A stretch of 64,000 bases of DNA from a virus. The notes under the pieces are model-generated. The model did not search any database, was not told where the DNA came from, and saw nothing but the letters and a program-made list of their open reading frames with translations. The stretch covers positions 1-64,000 of the IMG/VR virus record IMGVR_UViG_3300018933_000001. One strand, 5' to 3'. Of the stretch, positions 52,014-64,000 are shown one piece after another (positions within the stretch are counted from its first letter, which is position 1; every line of letters starts with the position of its first letter). A program made the translations under genes and the position numbers.

Positions 52014-53141
52014 ATGACTAAACCAGTTGAAATTGTAACAGTTACTCGTATTATCCCAATCTTCAAAAATTCTGAGCCTGCTAATGCAATTGAGGTAATA
52101 AACTTTAATTTCCTAAACGGAGATGAGTGCGGATTTAATGTAGTTTCTCAGAAAGGTCTTTATCAAGTAGGTGACTCAGCAATCTATATCCAACCAGACT
52201 ATTGTCTTCCGAATACAGAGTTATTTAAATCTTTTACTGCTCCAAACGGTGATCCAAATAAGTCTAAGTTAGGAAAACAGAATCGAATTAAAGCTATTAA
52301 ATTTAATTTTCAGTTTGAAGATTCTTCTGACCCAATCTATTCAAACGGTATTTTATTACCTTTATCTGAAGTTGGATTACCTAATGATAAAGATGAAGAA
52401 TTTAATATAGCAGAGTTCTTAGGAATTACTAAGTACGAAGAACCGGAGAAGTTTAAGACTGGTAATGCTAAGGGAAATTTACCAGGTTTTCTTTATAAAA
52501 CAGATGAGGAAAACGCAGCTAACCTCAAATCTCATATTAATAGAGTTTTAGCAGCAGGTGAAAGAATTGGTTGGTCACTTAAGTATGATGGGAGTTCTCT
52601 TACTTACTATTGTCGAAAAGGAGTAGACGGTTGGGAACGAGGTATTTGCTCTAGAGTTATGGAAAAGAAGATTCCTGAAGACTTATCTACTACCTCGGAC
52701 GGTTGGGTTTCTTTAGCTGTATCATCGGGTTTATTTGAGAGAGGGCTACAGTATTGTCAAGATAATGACAGAGAACTAGCTTTTAGAGGAGAGATTTATG
52801 GCAATGATGTAACAAAAGGCTCAGGTAATAAATTGAACCCCCACAGTAAATGTAAACCGTCTTTGGTTATCTATGGTATTGATACTTTAGAATCTGGATT
52901 TGCTACTAAACTCCTACCTATGGAGGTTGAAGGTATCTGTAAGAGGTTAGAAGTAAACTATGTACCTTACTTACAGATATTTCCCAAGAATTATGATGAA
53001 TTAATTGAAGTAGCTAATAAGGTATTTGAGAACTATAGAGAACAAAAGAACTGGATAATTGAAGGGGTTGTAGTTAGAACTTTAGACTCTAATAAGTTAT
53101 CAGCGAAAGTCATGAATAACGCCTACGATGCTAAGAAGTAA
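52014..53141 (+). CDS. ATP-dependent RNA ligase (Rnl2/DRB0094-type with N-terminal domain)
   Basis: KYDGSS, RGEIYG, EGVVVR and AKVMNNAY ligase motifs. Confidence 0.85.
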   Translation: MTKPVEIVTVTRIIPIFKNSEPANAIEVINFNFLNGDECGFNVVSQKGLYQVGDSAIYIQPDYCLPNTELFKSFTAPNGDPNKSKLGKQNRIKAIKFNFQFEDSSDPIYSNGILLPLSEVGLPNDKDEEFNIAEFLGITKYEEPEKFKTGNAKGNLPGFLYKTDEENAANLKSHINRVLAAGERIGWSLKYDGSSLTYYCRKGVDGWERGICSRVMEKKIPEDLSTTSDGWVSLAVSSGLFERGLQYCQDNDRELAFRGEIYGNDVTKGSGNKLNPHSKCKPSLVIYGIDTLESGFATKLLPMEVEGICKRLEVNYVPYLQIFPKNYDELIEVANKVFENYREQKNWIIEGVVVRTLDSNKLSAKVMNNAYDAKK

Positions 53142-54033
53142 GTAATTTATTTTAGAGGAAAGTGACTAACCTCTGTTAACCAACTAATCAAAGGAAGAAA
53201 ACAATGACCAAATACTCTAAGAGAATTGACGAGTTAGAAATTGGGGATATCATACGTTTTTCAAGTAGTAAACAACCTAAGATAGTAGAAACTATAGAGT
53301 TACTGAAAGATAAGCCATACAGAAAGCTAAGTTTCCAAGATATACCTGAAGAACATATGTATTATGATGACATTTATGTTACTTACTTAGGCAATAACAA
53401 AGAAGAGAAAGTAATTACTCACAAAGGATATGTACTTAAAATAGGAAGGTATAACCATGCTCTTTTCAACGGAGAATGTGATGAGTTAAATTATTATGTT
53501 CCTGCAGCACCATTAGAATTCTTACAACAAGATTTTCCTAAATTTGTGGAGAAAAAGATGAAAGAGCTAAACAAAGAAAGACAGCCTCAAAAGGTAAATT
53601 ACTCAGTTCTCTACCCCTACTTCGATTTACTAGCTAATGATGAAGTTAGTTCTACACATACTAATGTTCCTCTTTATGTAAAACAGCAACTTCGATTTAT
53701 TTATGAACTATTTGAAGGAGTTCTTGACCTTACATTAGAAGAAATGAAAACACTTTACTTTGAAAGGAAGATGAGTAAGCAAGAACCTAAAATTGAAAAG
53801 TCACCTAAAACTAAGAAAGCAAAAGATTTATGTCTTGGAGATAGAGTAATACTACCTATAGTTGGAGAAATAACTGTTACTAAACTAACAGAAGTTAGCC
53901 CTGAGTATTATGAGTCTGTTATGAGAGTAGAGTGGTTACAAGAAGATGTAACTAGATTTGACTTAATCAGAAAGGAAGCTGAATTAGTTCTTGTTGGTTA
54001 GTTCATGCTAAGCTGTAAGTAAAAAACAGCAAC

Positions 54034-54495
54034 ATGAATACAATCTACTTAGATACTGGTTTTTCTAGATTAGGTTGGGCTATAAGTAAGAGAAGTAATC
54101 TCATCACTTACGGAACTTACACTACTTCACCTAAACAAGATAATGGAGAAAGGTTAGACAGTATCTACAAATATTTATCTAGCCTTATCCTTACTCATGA
54201 GATTAAAGATTGTCTAGTTGAGTTACCTGTATTAGCAGGAGTTAATGGGTCTAACCTATCTAAAGTAGTTGGATTAGTAGAGATGCTTTGTTACTTACAT
54301 TCTATTAAGTATAGATGTATCTCTCCTAAATCAATGAAGTTACAGCTTACTGGTAAAGGTAATGCTAGTAAGGAGGAAGTCAGGTTTTGGGTTGCTAAAG
54401 AGATAGATGTGTCTAAGATTCCTAAGAAAGAGTTAGATACAATAGATGCTATTGGGCTATTTGTAGTAGATAGGAGAAATCAGAGTGAAGTATGA
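54034..54495 (+). CDS. ruvC: RuvC-like Holliday junction resolvase
   Basis: YLDTG..RLGWA, LVE, P.SMK..LTGKGNASKEEV and DTIDAIG. Confidence 0.9.
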   Translation: MNTIYLDTGFSRLGWAISKRSNLITYGTYTTSPKQDNGERLDSIYKYLSSLILTHEIKDCLVELPVLAGVNGSNLSKVVGLVEMLCYLHSIKYRCISPKSMKLQLTGKGNASKEEVRFWVAKEIDVSKIPKKELDTIDAIGLFVVDRRNQSEV

Positions 54496-56360
54496 ATATA
54501 TTTTGGTAGTAGCAGATTATGGTAAAGAGTCTGTTTTCGTAGATTCTAAAAATATAGAATTAAACCAGAGAGAAATAAATTTACTTTCGGAAGGACTTTG
54601 GTTCTATAGTTGGCTGCTAGATATTCCTTTAGAAGTTAAAGGTAGAAGAGAACCAAAAGAGTGGGAATTTATTATAGACGAGAAACTAGATAATAAACCT
54701 TTAATAGAATCTGTTGCTAAAAAATTAATAGAAAAGATTAAAGAGTTGTTTCCTGATAAGGGACTTGAGTTTAGTGAGGAAAATAAATATGACTAAATTA
54801 CAAGCTTGGAAATTAGTAATAGTTAGTTTAATATTTGGTATTAGTGACAGAACGATTAACACTATTACTCATGACTATTCAGTAGATAGTTTACTTCAAG
54901 TAGTTTTAGGAGTAGTTCTACTTGCATTAGTGTATCAACTTTATCCCTATAATCATTAGTCACCTCCAAGAAATTTATGTCTTATCATGAACTGAAAGAA
55001 CGATTTGAGAAGTTACAAGATATTGATTTTGACGAGTATCCTGATAAGAGAGTATCACTAATTACTGACTTAGCAGAAGATATGCTATTTGAGTTAGGTA
55101 GATTAGAACGAGCTTGGTATTTATTTAAGAATAATGTTCCATCTGAAATACGTTCTTTCTATCCAAGAATAACTAAAGACCCTACTGTTAGTTGTTACAA
55201 AAATAATCATCAATTAGTAGGTACTCAATCTTTAAAGAATCTAGACTTTATTAAGTTACATGAGTTAGGACTTTATGTTCTGAGTAGTTATGAAGTTTAC
55301 TATATTAGGACAAGAGAACAAATAGGTTATATCTCTAATTTTTTAGAAGGAGAGCTAAAAGAAGTTGTAGCTTTTGAAGATTATCATTACGAAATAAACT
55401 TTGATTAAGGGGCTGAAATGAACAACCTTACTAATACATCTAGTGTTTTATGGAAGTTAAGAGATAAGTACCCTCAGTACGAGTTATCTGATGTAACTTT
55501 AGAAACTGCTGAGAAGTTAGTAGATAAATTATACATAACAGCTAGGAAGCAAAAGTTATGGTGGTTCCCTCCTAGAGTAGGTGGAGATTATTATCAAGTA
55601 GACTTGTATTGGGAACATAATAGAAAGAGGTATGACATATTTATAGAAGAGAATGAAATAAATTATATTGCTTATTGGGGAAACAAAACTGATGCAGAAA
55701 GAGAGCATGGAGACATAAATATAAAGAATGATTTAACTGATTTTTGGGAATGGATAGCTGAGTAATTAAATTAATAACATCTACTAATAAGGAGACTACT
55801 ATGAATAGAAAGACATTACCAAGATTTCTCAACAGACGGAAAATAGTAATAGAAGCTTTAGTTAAGGCTAGGGGTAATGGGGGTAACTCAGGAGATATAT
55901 TATACAATCCTAAATCTCTAGTTATAAGTAATAAGTTGTTTAAAAACTCTCCTTCATCTATCATTTCTACTGGTGATAAACCTAAGAACTACAAATATTC
56001 TAGTAAATCCAGAGGTAATAAGAAGTTAGGAGATAAAGCCAGAGACATTTATGAAGATGATTGGGATAAACTAGAAACACCTTCTATTAAGAAAAGGAGA
56101 TATTAATGAAGAAAGTAATACCTCAAAAAGTAGCTAATAAGGTTTATATCTTACTCCAACCAAAGAATCAGAGAAGATTAGGAATAGCAAATAATTGGAT
56201 AGAAGAGAAAGCTTATAAATCTGGAACTACTGAACTATCTAATAGGTTATACAAAATTCAGTAGGTTTTCTTTCTTTAGTAGATAAGAGGCATAAACCAC
56301 AAGTTGACCTAAAACGTCATAAACTCAATAAGCTATTAATCCAGTCACAAGAGAAACTAA

Positions 56361-56834
56361 ATGATTATCTACAAGAGAAATAAAAGTATTTTTGATAGTT
56401 CTGCTGCTTTTTTGGTTAACCCAGTTAATACTAAAGGAGTTAGTGGAGCTGGATTAGCCTTGGAAATGAAAAAGAAGTTTCCAGAGAACTTCAAATATTA
56501 CCATGAGTATTGTTCTAAGTCTTCTCCAAAAGGAGGGGATTTGATTTGGTATATTCCAGAAGCTTCTCAAGTAATTAACGGTGAACGTGCAATCATTAAC
56601 TTTTGTACTAAGGAAGATTGGAAGAAACCTTCTAAATTGGAATGGATTGAGAAAGGTATTAAACAGATAATTAGTATATTTGAAGAGAAATATCTTGATG
56701 GCAAATATCCAACTCCATTATTATCTCTACCAATGTTGGGATGTGGAAAAGGAGGATTAGAAGTAGATAAAGTTTTGGGTGTATTTACTAATGAATTTAA
56801 AAGTTGTAAATATGATGTGGAGATTTATTTATGA
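56361..56834 (+). CDS. Macrodomain protein (DarG/TARG1-like ADP-ribosyl hydrolase)
   Basis: LVNPVNTKGVSGAGLA, IINFCTKEDWK.PS and PMLGCGKGGL. Confidence 0.88.
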   Translation: MIIYKRNKSIFDSSAAFLVNPVNTKGVSGAGLALEMKKKFPENFKYYHEYCSKSSPKGGDLIWYIPEASQVINGERAIINFCTKEDWKKPSKLEWIEKGIKQIISIFEEKYLDGKYPTPLLSLPMLGCGKGGLEVDKVLGVFTNEFKSCKYDVEIYL

Positions 56835-57199
56835 TGACTATTTATCCTTTAACTTTTGTAGAATTTAAAACCTGGTTAGAGTCTAAGAAAGAAGATGCGA
56901 TAGTAGGAAGAATAAAAGATGGAAATCGCTGTCCAATAGCTAGAGCTTTAAAAGAAAACAATAGATTAAGATTAGTTTTCGTAGATGATATTGATACTCA
57001 GATTAGTTATGAAAGAATAATAAATCCACTTTGGGTACATTATTTCACAAGAGGAGTAGACTCTAATTGGCAAACTGAAAAAGTAGTAACAGCTAAGAAA
57101 GCGTTAGAAGTTCTTAACAACCTCTATATTTGTACAGTTTGCAATCAATATAACCCAGAAGGAACTAACTGCGGAAAGAAAGATAATTGTCCTTGGTAG
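56831..57199 (+). CDS. Paralog family member (with the 57953 N-terminus and 58850)
   Basis: EF..WLE.K....VG......PIA...P.W...F...D...AK.AL.VL. Confidence 0.7.
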   Translation: MMTIYPLTFVEFKTWLESKKEDAIVGRIKDGNRCPIARALKENNRLRLVFVDDIDTQISYERIINPLWVHYFTRGVDSNWQTEKVVTAKKALEVLNNLYICTVCNQYNPEGTNCGKKDNCPW

Positions 57200-57952
57200 C
57201 TAATAAAGAGGTAGAGTAGATGGGTATTTCAACTACAGGATTTGTATTAACCGAGAATAAGGATGTCTTTGCAGTATTAACTACGATTGAAGATACTTTA
57301 ATTGAATTGGTAAAGAAGTATTCTACCGGAGAGATTATATTTCTAGATAAGACAAGTAGATTTCCAAAAATTGTATGTAGTCCTCGTTCTATATCTTTTC
57401 ATATCCATTTTAAAGTTAATGATGAAAATAGAATACTCGGTGTCTACTTTGATTGCGATTGTGATTACAAAGAATATGGAGATTCTAAGATTATCTGGAA
57501 CGTTACTAAGTGGGGGATGGCTGAAGAAATAATACTAGCTGTCTGTAAAGCTATGAAACAATACGGTCAAGTCTTTTACGAAGCTAATGATTGTGATGGT
57601 GAAGTAGTAGAAGTTTAAGGTTGGTTAATCATGAAATATTCACTAGACTTTACTGATTTAGACCAAATGAAGAAGTGGTTAGATGAAATTCAAGAAGATA
57701 TAGAGTGGACGGGAAAGATATGGACTGCTACTACTCTTGAAGCGTTAATGAAGTACAAGGAGTATTTTGAAGTAAACGTGTCTGTAGATGATACTCAGGA
57801 CTTATTTCACTTACGTCAGATAAATGATTTAGTTCTTGCTTACACACAGCGACTTATTGAGTTTACTTTAGGTAAAATAGCAGATTTACCTAGCTAATTA
57901 AGAAACTAAGAGTGCTTGTATTGGAGAACTGATATGAGCATTTCTTTTTATT

Positions 57953-58831
57953 ATGGAGATTATTAATATGACTTATATTAGTGAGAAAGAGTCAGAACAG
58001 TGGTATCAAATATCTAGGAAAGAGTTTAGAGCTTGGCTGGAGTCTAAAGAGGATAATGTAATAGTCGGTCAAAGTATTGTTTACGGGAATGACCCAATTG
58101 CAACAGCTATCAATGAAAAAGAAAATGAATGGGAAACAGCAATAATAGACTCAGAAATGAGTATGACAACCTTTGATGGATGGATGAAAGTGGATAATCC
58201 TCGTTGGATAAATAGATTTATAGAAAAGATAGACAGAGACACTTTAGGAGATGAACCTGTAAATATTACAGCTAAACAAGCATTAAAAGTGCTAACTGAA
58301 GTAGAGGAGGAGCGAGGGAAAACTATAGATACAGAACGTCTCCAAGAAATTGAGAAAGCTAAAGGAATGTTTCTAACAGATTCTTATAATATGTCTGTTG
58401 GAGAACTACTTTCTTTACACGCAGATGGGGGGTTAACTCTTTCTAGCAATAATGTTTATAACTCAATTAGTTATCTCTCAGTTACTCAGCAAAATGAGTT
58501 TATAGAATCTATTTTTCTAGGTTTACCTTCTCAACCATTATTTGTGAAACAAGATAGTAACGGGAAATGGAAAGTATTATCTGGAAGTTGGATGCTAAAA
58601 ACCGTTCTAAACTTCTTAGATAAAAATGAAGGGGGTAGATTAGTGTTAAGAGCTACCGACTTACTACCTTGTTTATACGGTTTAACCTGGGATGATTTAT
58701 CAGATAGAGAGAGGTTTCAGTTTAAGAGATACAGGTTTCAAGTTCATATCTTAGCTGAGAACACAGAAGATAGGTATTTGAGAGATAGAGTACAGTCAAT
58801 TTTTTGGAGGTATAGCTCTTATGATTATTAA
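57953..58831 (+). CDS. Fusion of the paralog domain to a degenerate DUF262-like domain
   Basis: MSVGEL...FIESIFLGLPSQPLFV...GKWKVLSG; the FQR and DGQQR motifs are lost. Confidence 0.65.
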   Translation: MEIINMTYISEKESEQWYQISRKEFRAWLESKEDNVIVGQSIVYGNDPIATAINEKENEWETAIIDSEMSMTTFDGWMKVDNPRWINRFIEKIDRDTLGDEPVNITAKQALKVLTEVEEERGKTIDTERLQEIEKAKGMFLTDSYNMSVGELLSLHADGGLTLSSNNVYNSISYLSVTQQNEFIESIFLGLPSQPLFVKQDSNGKWKVLSGSWMLKTVLNFLDKNEGGRLVLRATDLLPCLYGLTWDDLSDRERFQFKRYRFQVHILAENTEDRYLRDRVQSIFWRYSSYDY

Positions 58832-58849
58832 CTTTAGGAGGTTACTGAG

Positions 58850-59194
58850 ATGACAGAATATCAAATAGACATTAACGAATTCAGAGCCTGGTTAGAAACT
58901 AAAAATAATGACGATGTAGTAGGAGTTATAAAGCTATGTCGCTCATGCCCGATAGCTAATTTTTTAGAAGAGACTCAAAAAATTACTAATGTACTCATTT
59001 CCCCTTGGGGGATAGAGGTAGTAGAACCCGTGATTAAGCTAAAAAGAAAAGTTACAAGTTTCAATCATACTCCTTGGGTAGCAAAGTTTATAGAAAAAAT
59101 TGACGCTATAGATGCAGCTTTTACCCCAGTAGTTGCAAAACAAGCATTAGAAGTATTAGAGGAAGTAGAAGGGAAACATGACTTACTTAACTAG
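58850..59194 (+). CDS. Paralog family member
   Basis: EFRAWLETK...VVG...CPIA. Confidence 0.7.
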   Translation: MTEYQIDINEFRAWLETKNNDDVVGVIKLCRSCPIANFLEETQKITNVLISPWGIEVVEPVIKLKRKVTSFNHTPWVAKFIEKIDAIDAAFTPVVAKQALEVLEEVEGKHDLLN

Positions 59195-59636
59195 AACTAA
59201 ACATTTGTTACGCGACTTAGAAGTAGTAGAATGTTCTATTCCAGAGATAGTAGATTTAGAGAAAGAGCTAAATATCTTTCTTCCAGAAGCTTATCGGGAA
59301 TTTCTGCTATGGATGGGTAAAGATACTGGTAAATTTCTACAAGGTTCAGAAGTTACTTACAAACATTTAGTCAAAATTCAAAGTTGGTCTAATGAGCTGT
59401 TAGAAGAAAGAAAATTACCACTTTTACCTACAGATGCTTTTGTTTTCTACATTCATGGAGGTTATCAATTTGCTTACTTTCTACTAAATGGAGAGGATGA
59501 CCCTAAAGTTTACTTCTTTGATGAGTGTATAACTAAAGGAGTTGAGTTACTAAGAGAATCTTACTCTGAATGGTTAACTACTGAAGCTGAAATCTTTTGT
59601 CAGTATCAAAGAGCTGAAAATTATGAAGAGAATTAA
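59178..59636 (+). CDS. SMI1/KNR4 (SUKH) family immunity-like protein
   Basis: EIVDLEKELNIFLPEAYREFL..MG, HGGYQF and DDPKVY. Confidence 0.85.
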   Translation: MTYLTRTKHLLRDLEVVECSIPEIVDLEKELNIFLPEAYREFLLWMGKDTGKFLQGSEVTYKHLVKIQSWSNELLEERKLPLLPTDAFVFYIHGGYQFAYFLLNGEDDPKVYFFDECITKGVELLRESYSEWLTTEAEIFCQYQRAENYEEN

Positions 59637-60328
59637 GTTATCTATTTCTGGTGATTCTGGTAATATTCCTGTTAGTGGGAGTCCTTTTTGGAGATACTCT
59701 TTAAATCTTAGTTGGGAAGAAGTTATTGGAGTTTTAGGTTTAGATGACAGTCTCATATCTAGACTCAAAAACTGGAAAGATAGTGTATTACAAGCTGACA
59801 ATCTTTATAGTTGGGAAGGTAAACGAGAAGAATTAGTTAAATGTGAAATAGAAGGTTTAGCTATTTTACTAGAACTAAGAAAAAAATTACCTGATTATCA
59901 GATTACTTATTCTAGTAATTTTAATAGTTATAATTGTGTACTCAATGAGGAGCAAGTTGATGACAGTTACTAAAAAACTTATACTATCTCCTGAGTATAA
60001 ATGTCTTAGTCCAGTTTGGGAAGATAAAGAAACAGAAAAGAGAAATTTTGAATTTGAGGAGTTGTTTGATTTAGGGATAGATGGTTGTGTTATTTCTAAA
60101 CTACGGACTTGGCAAAATATGTCTAACTCTGTTTTTGAGAAAATAAAAAACTGTTCTTTTACCGAGAGATTCTACACAAAAGAAGAGGCACTAGAATTTG
60201 ATAAGTTAGGGATAACTATTCTACTAGAACTAAGAGAACAACTACCTAACTGCTTAATTAGTTACTACAGCTCTTTTTTCAAGCAAAGAATTATTTTAGG
60301 AGGTTCAGATGTCTACTACTATCACTGA
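59623..60328 (+). CDS. Paralog pair of hypothetical proteins (59623, 59936)
   Basis: SP.W...LG.D...IS.L..W...G..ILLELR..LP...I.Y.S. Confidence 0.65.
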
Positions 60329-63300
60329 AGTTCAACAAGCACTAATCAAGTCACAAGTGACTCAGCAGTATTGGGTAGATGGAGGTTGGGAAGCTTTATC
60401 CAATCAACTAGAAGAAGAACTAGCAAAGGAGAACCAGATAGTAGACGTGTATCCTTATGTTGAGATAGATATTAGTGTAGATATAACCATTGTTCTTCCT
60501 GATAAAGTTTACAGGGTTCCACTAGAGGATGTTTCTAATATTCATGTTAACGACTCTTTAGTTATTAGCGTTGAGGATTTATATCCGGATTGGGAAGAAA
60601 GAGTTAGAGCAAAAATCGAGAAGAGTTCAATAGGTATTAGAAAGATGAGTATAGATAGGGTGTTTATTGTAACTTCTTTTCTTGGTACTGATGATAAAGT
60701 TCGTATTCTGAAAGAGAAGGTAAAGTAGTAAGGTGCATCTATTCAAGTAAGCTAAGTAGAGGACTTCTCATGAACATCATAAGAGTTGAGTATAGATTCC
60801 TTCGACTATCTGCTAATCTACTTGCTTTAGTAGAGTTACTACCAGGATGTAATATTCCTCAACCTACTACTTGTCTTTATCCTGAATTTCCTTATTTGAC
60901 AGATAGTAGAAAATCCAAAGCTAACAACATCTTTGAGAATCTAGAAGAGTGGATAGAAGACCAAAGTTTAGCTCTAGAATTGGCAGTAGAAGAAGCTAAG
61001 AGAAAATCAATAATAGAGTTTAACTGCAATCATCCAGAATATAGAGAAGTTTGTCTTTGGGTTTATCGTGACCCATTAGTATATTGGGATGAGTATTGCC
61101 CGATATTTGACAATGAGTTTAATTATGTATTAAGGTAAGAGTGATGGACTTAGCTAAAGAATTTGCACGAGCTATTAGAGTAATTAAAGAACAGACTAAA
61201 GAACAGGACAGAAAAGCAATAGAGGATTGGATTACTAACTGTTCAAAAGAAGATTTACCTGAGTTAAAGAGGCAGGCACTACAACTATTTAAAGCTTACA
61301 ATCATCAACAAGCAATGTTAGAGATTTCCATGATGCAGAATTTGATAGGTACTTATCCTCCACAGGATTCTACTATCTCTTTTCCAATTATTGAAGAAGA
61401 ATAATCACGTAGGTCAAACTCTGCTACCTGGTTAACCTTAAAAGTAGCAACTTTTTCAACCAATAGGAGTCCTCATCATGAGTCACTATAGCATCTTGGC
61501 AATCTTCAATGAAGGTAATTTAAATGAAGTTGAAACAGTTCTCAACCAACTAACTCTATTGAGACAAGGGGAAAAAAACTCTTTGATTAAGGCAGTTGAA
61601 GATTATCACTTCCTTAAGTCATTAGCAGTAAGAGGGTTTACTCAGCAAATTGTACTCTTCCTACTTAACCCCGATTCTATTAGTTCTGAAGAAGTTGTAG
61701 AACAGTTTCTATCGAGGCTAGAAATTTGGTTGATGATAGTAGAAAGTAAAGATGAGCAACGGAAATACGCAGAAATTGTCAATCGGTACCGAGATATTGT
61801 CTACTGTTTTAATGATGATGAGATTCTAGCTTTACGTTTCAGCTTACTAGATGTTCTTCGAGAGTTAGAAGAGTCTAAAGCTGCTAAGAAAGAAAAGAAA
61901 AGACATGATTTGTGGGAAAGGTACAATTTCTTAACTCAGTTTGAAGCACCTATGCAGTCTCAACCTGGTTATGAAGCTTATGAAACAGTAATGGAAGAAT
62001 ATGGTAAGCTCTTTGATTTAGAAAGTCAAGTTCCAAACATAAAAGGAACTATGAGCGAAGAACAACCTGACTTTATTGAAGCTTTCATGGGTACTTGGAA
62101 AATACCTGAAGGTTATGTAAGCCCTGTTCTCTATCAAGATAACTAAAAAGATAAGAAGGCTTAGTAGATGTCTGCTAGGTCTTTTTGCTGTCTTGGTGTA
62201 TCTACTTTTTAACTCCGGAGGAAAAACATGGTCAGCTTTGGATTTTACCACAAACCTACAGTTATCAGTCAAGAAGAGTTTAGGATTCTTTCATCTATTG
62301 GATTAGAGGAAGATGGGGCTATCTCTAACAACTATGTACCTCAAGATGATTATTTCATGTTCTTAGGAAGAGAAGTAGGTACTAAACAAGGTCTACGTAC
62401 TGAAAAGCAAATACTTAATGCTTGTAGATTGCTTCAAGTAGATAAGGTACTGAGAACACCTAAAAACTCAATACTAAGACTCCGACTCCGAGCTAATCTA
62501 GTAGTTCAAATAGGAGATAGTGTAGTCTACTTTCAGACTAAAGCAGGGGAAGTAGCAGCTAATGAGTATGTAAATAATTGTGTAGGTAGAAAGGTAGGAA
62601 TCTATCATCGCCGAGACAATAAGGAGGATAAACCAGAAGGCATTGAAGACTGTTACTTAGCGCCGGGAGTAATTTACCTCAACACTACTTATGGAGAAGA
62701 TACTTTAGCTCTATTTCTTTCAGAGTTATCTACTTGGCTCAAATGTCCTGTAAAAAAAGAATATCGAGAGTTATTAGCTTACTTAAGGACTAAAGCTACT
62801 AAGAAACATATCACTTCTCAAGCACTAGAGTCTATCTTTGGTAGAAAAGTGATGGAAAGAGTTTCTACTTTGAATGTTTTTTATCCAATAGAAATGGGAG
62901 GTGGTTATGTCAGACTCAACTCAGAAACCCAGATGCAACCAAACTACAGATAAGGATATCGTGATTCTTGTCCTAAATGGCAAAACTCAAAAGCCTTGTA
63001 GTAGAGATGAAGCTTTAACTACTGTGGCTAATTTAGATGACCAAACAACTACTTGGAGCATAATCTCATGACTGTTACTACTTTGACCGTTTTACCGTAT
63101 ATTTTCCCAATCGTTGAATTAGCTATTTCTGATAGACAAACAGATGTAGTAGAAAGAAACAATCTACTTGAAGACTTCCTTCTCTCTAAATTTGACGAGA
63201 TGAAAGAGCTACCTGAGTCATTCAACATTAATGATTTAGCTACTTACTGTTTTGGGAATCAGTATCAAGCCAGTTATCTGCAAGTACGAAACTTCATTAT

Positions 63301-64000
63301 CCGAACTAAAGAAGATTTGAAGATTTGTAATAAGGATGTTTTATCTACTGGACTTGCATTAGTATTCGATGAAGGTCTTGAGCTAAAAGAAGCTTGTAAG
63401 AAAGTTCATAAACATTACCGTTCAGGAGGAGCTTATCTCTTTAGTAGAAAGTTTCTGTTCATGCTTTTACTAACTAAGTCTGTTGATTTTCGGATGTTCA
63501 TTCGTAATATTCTAGATGATGAGGGAAAACAAGTCTATGATGTTCCTCATAATTTAGAGGAAAAGTACAACCGAATCACTGATGCAATGTTAGCTGCTTA
63601 GTAGTAATCTAATCTTAGGAGGTGGGATAAAACTCATCTCCTACACTTATTTAACTTATGGAAGAAGAAAAGCTTCACGTTTACTTAATGGCTATGGGGT
63701 TATTAAAAGCTAATAGTCATCTAAGTAGAAAACAATTAGAACTTCTACTAAAAACTGATTCTGATAAATATAGTTTAATGTTCTTTCCTACTGAACCAGG
63801 AATAGACAATCAAGTAAATGCTAGAGTTACTCATATCCAAGATATATTTCTAGCTTATCAAATCTGCTATACTCATTTGCTTTCCTTATATGAAAGACCT
63901 ATTACCTCTATCTGAAGAGTTAAAAGAAAAACTAATAAATGTTCTTAGAGAAACAGTCCAAGAGCTATCTCAGCATAAAGATATTTACTCTACTGCTTTC

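Noticed and set aside
29943-62272. Antisense ORFs at 29943, 36338, 38943, 38974, 40199, 40420, 40874, 41257, 41755, 42302, 43072, 49935, 55641, 59574 and 62018
   Set aside because: They overlap co-oriented operon genes and look like codon-bias shadows

Overview
This is an AT-rich (roughly one-third GC by eye) segment of a tailed dsDNA phage. The host is most likely a filamentous cyanobacterium, inferred from a cyanobacterial rrn-type boxA and a host-like 'QPRxYDAVLGG' peptide. Layout: (1) 1-13 kb is a minus-strand head module with an HhH protein, major capsid, decoration protein, scaffold, basic core-like proteins, prohead protease, alpha/beta-hydrolase, MuF-like protein and TerL; no portal gene is recognisable. 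(2) 13-29 kb is a plus-strand block of small genes with several paralog arrays, a phosphoesterase, MazG, a mini-terminase fragment and a minus-strand SF2 helicase flanked by inverted repeats. (3) TerS is followed by a ~1.4 kb non-coding divergence region. (4) 31-39 kb is a putative first-expressed operon. (5) 39-64 kb holds accessory, nucleotide-metabolism and candidate counter-defence genes (HicB-like, colicin-D-immunity-like, LRR, DUF262, dNMP kinase, GIY-YIG, RNA ligase, RuvC, macrodomain, SMI1/KNR4). The most striking signal is the 31-35 kb operon, which is built like an rRNA operon. It has tandem sigma70 promoters, a boxB-like hairpin plus boxA, and six anticodon-less tRNA-like RNAs (acceptor stem + T-arm), one ahead of each gene, with different sequences but conserved pairing. 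This suggests RNase P/RNase Z 'tRNA punctuation' of a phage mRNA and/or tRNA decoys. All calls were made by eye from motifs; no searches or folding programs were run.
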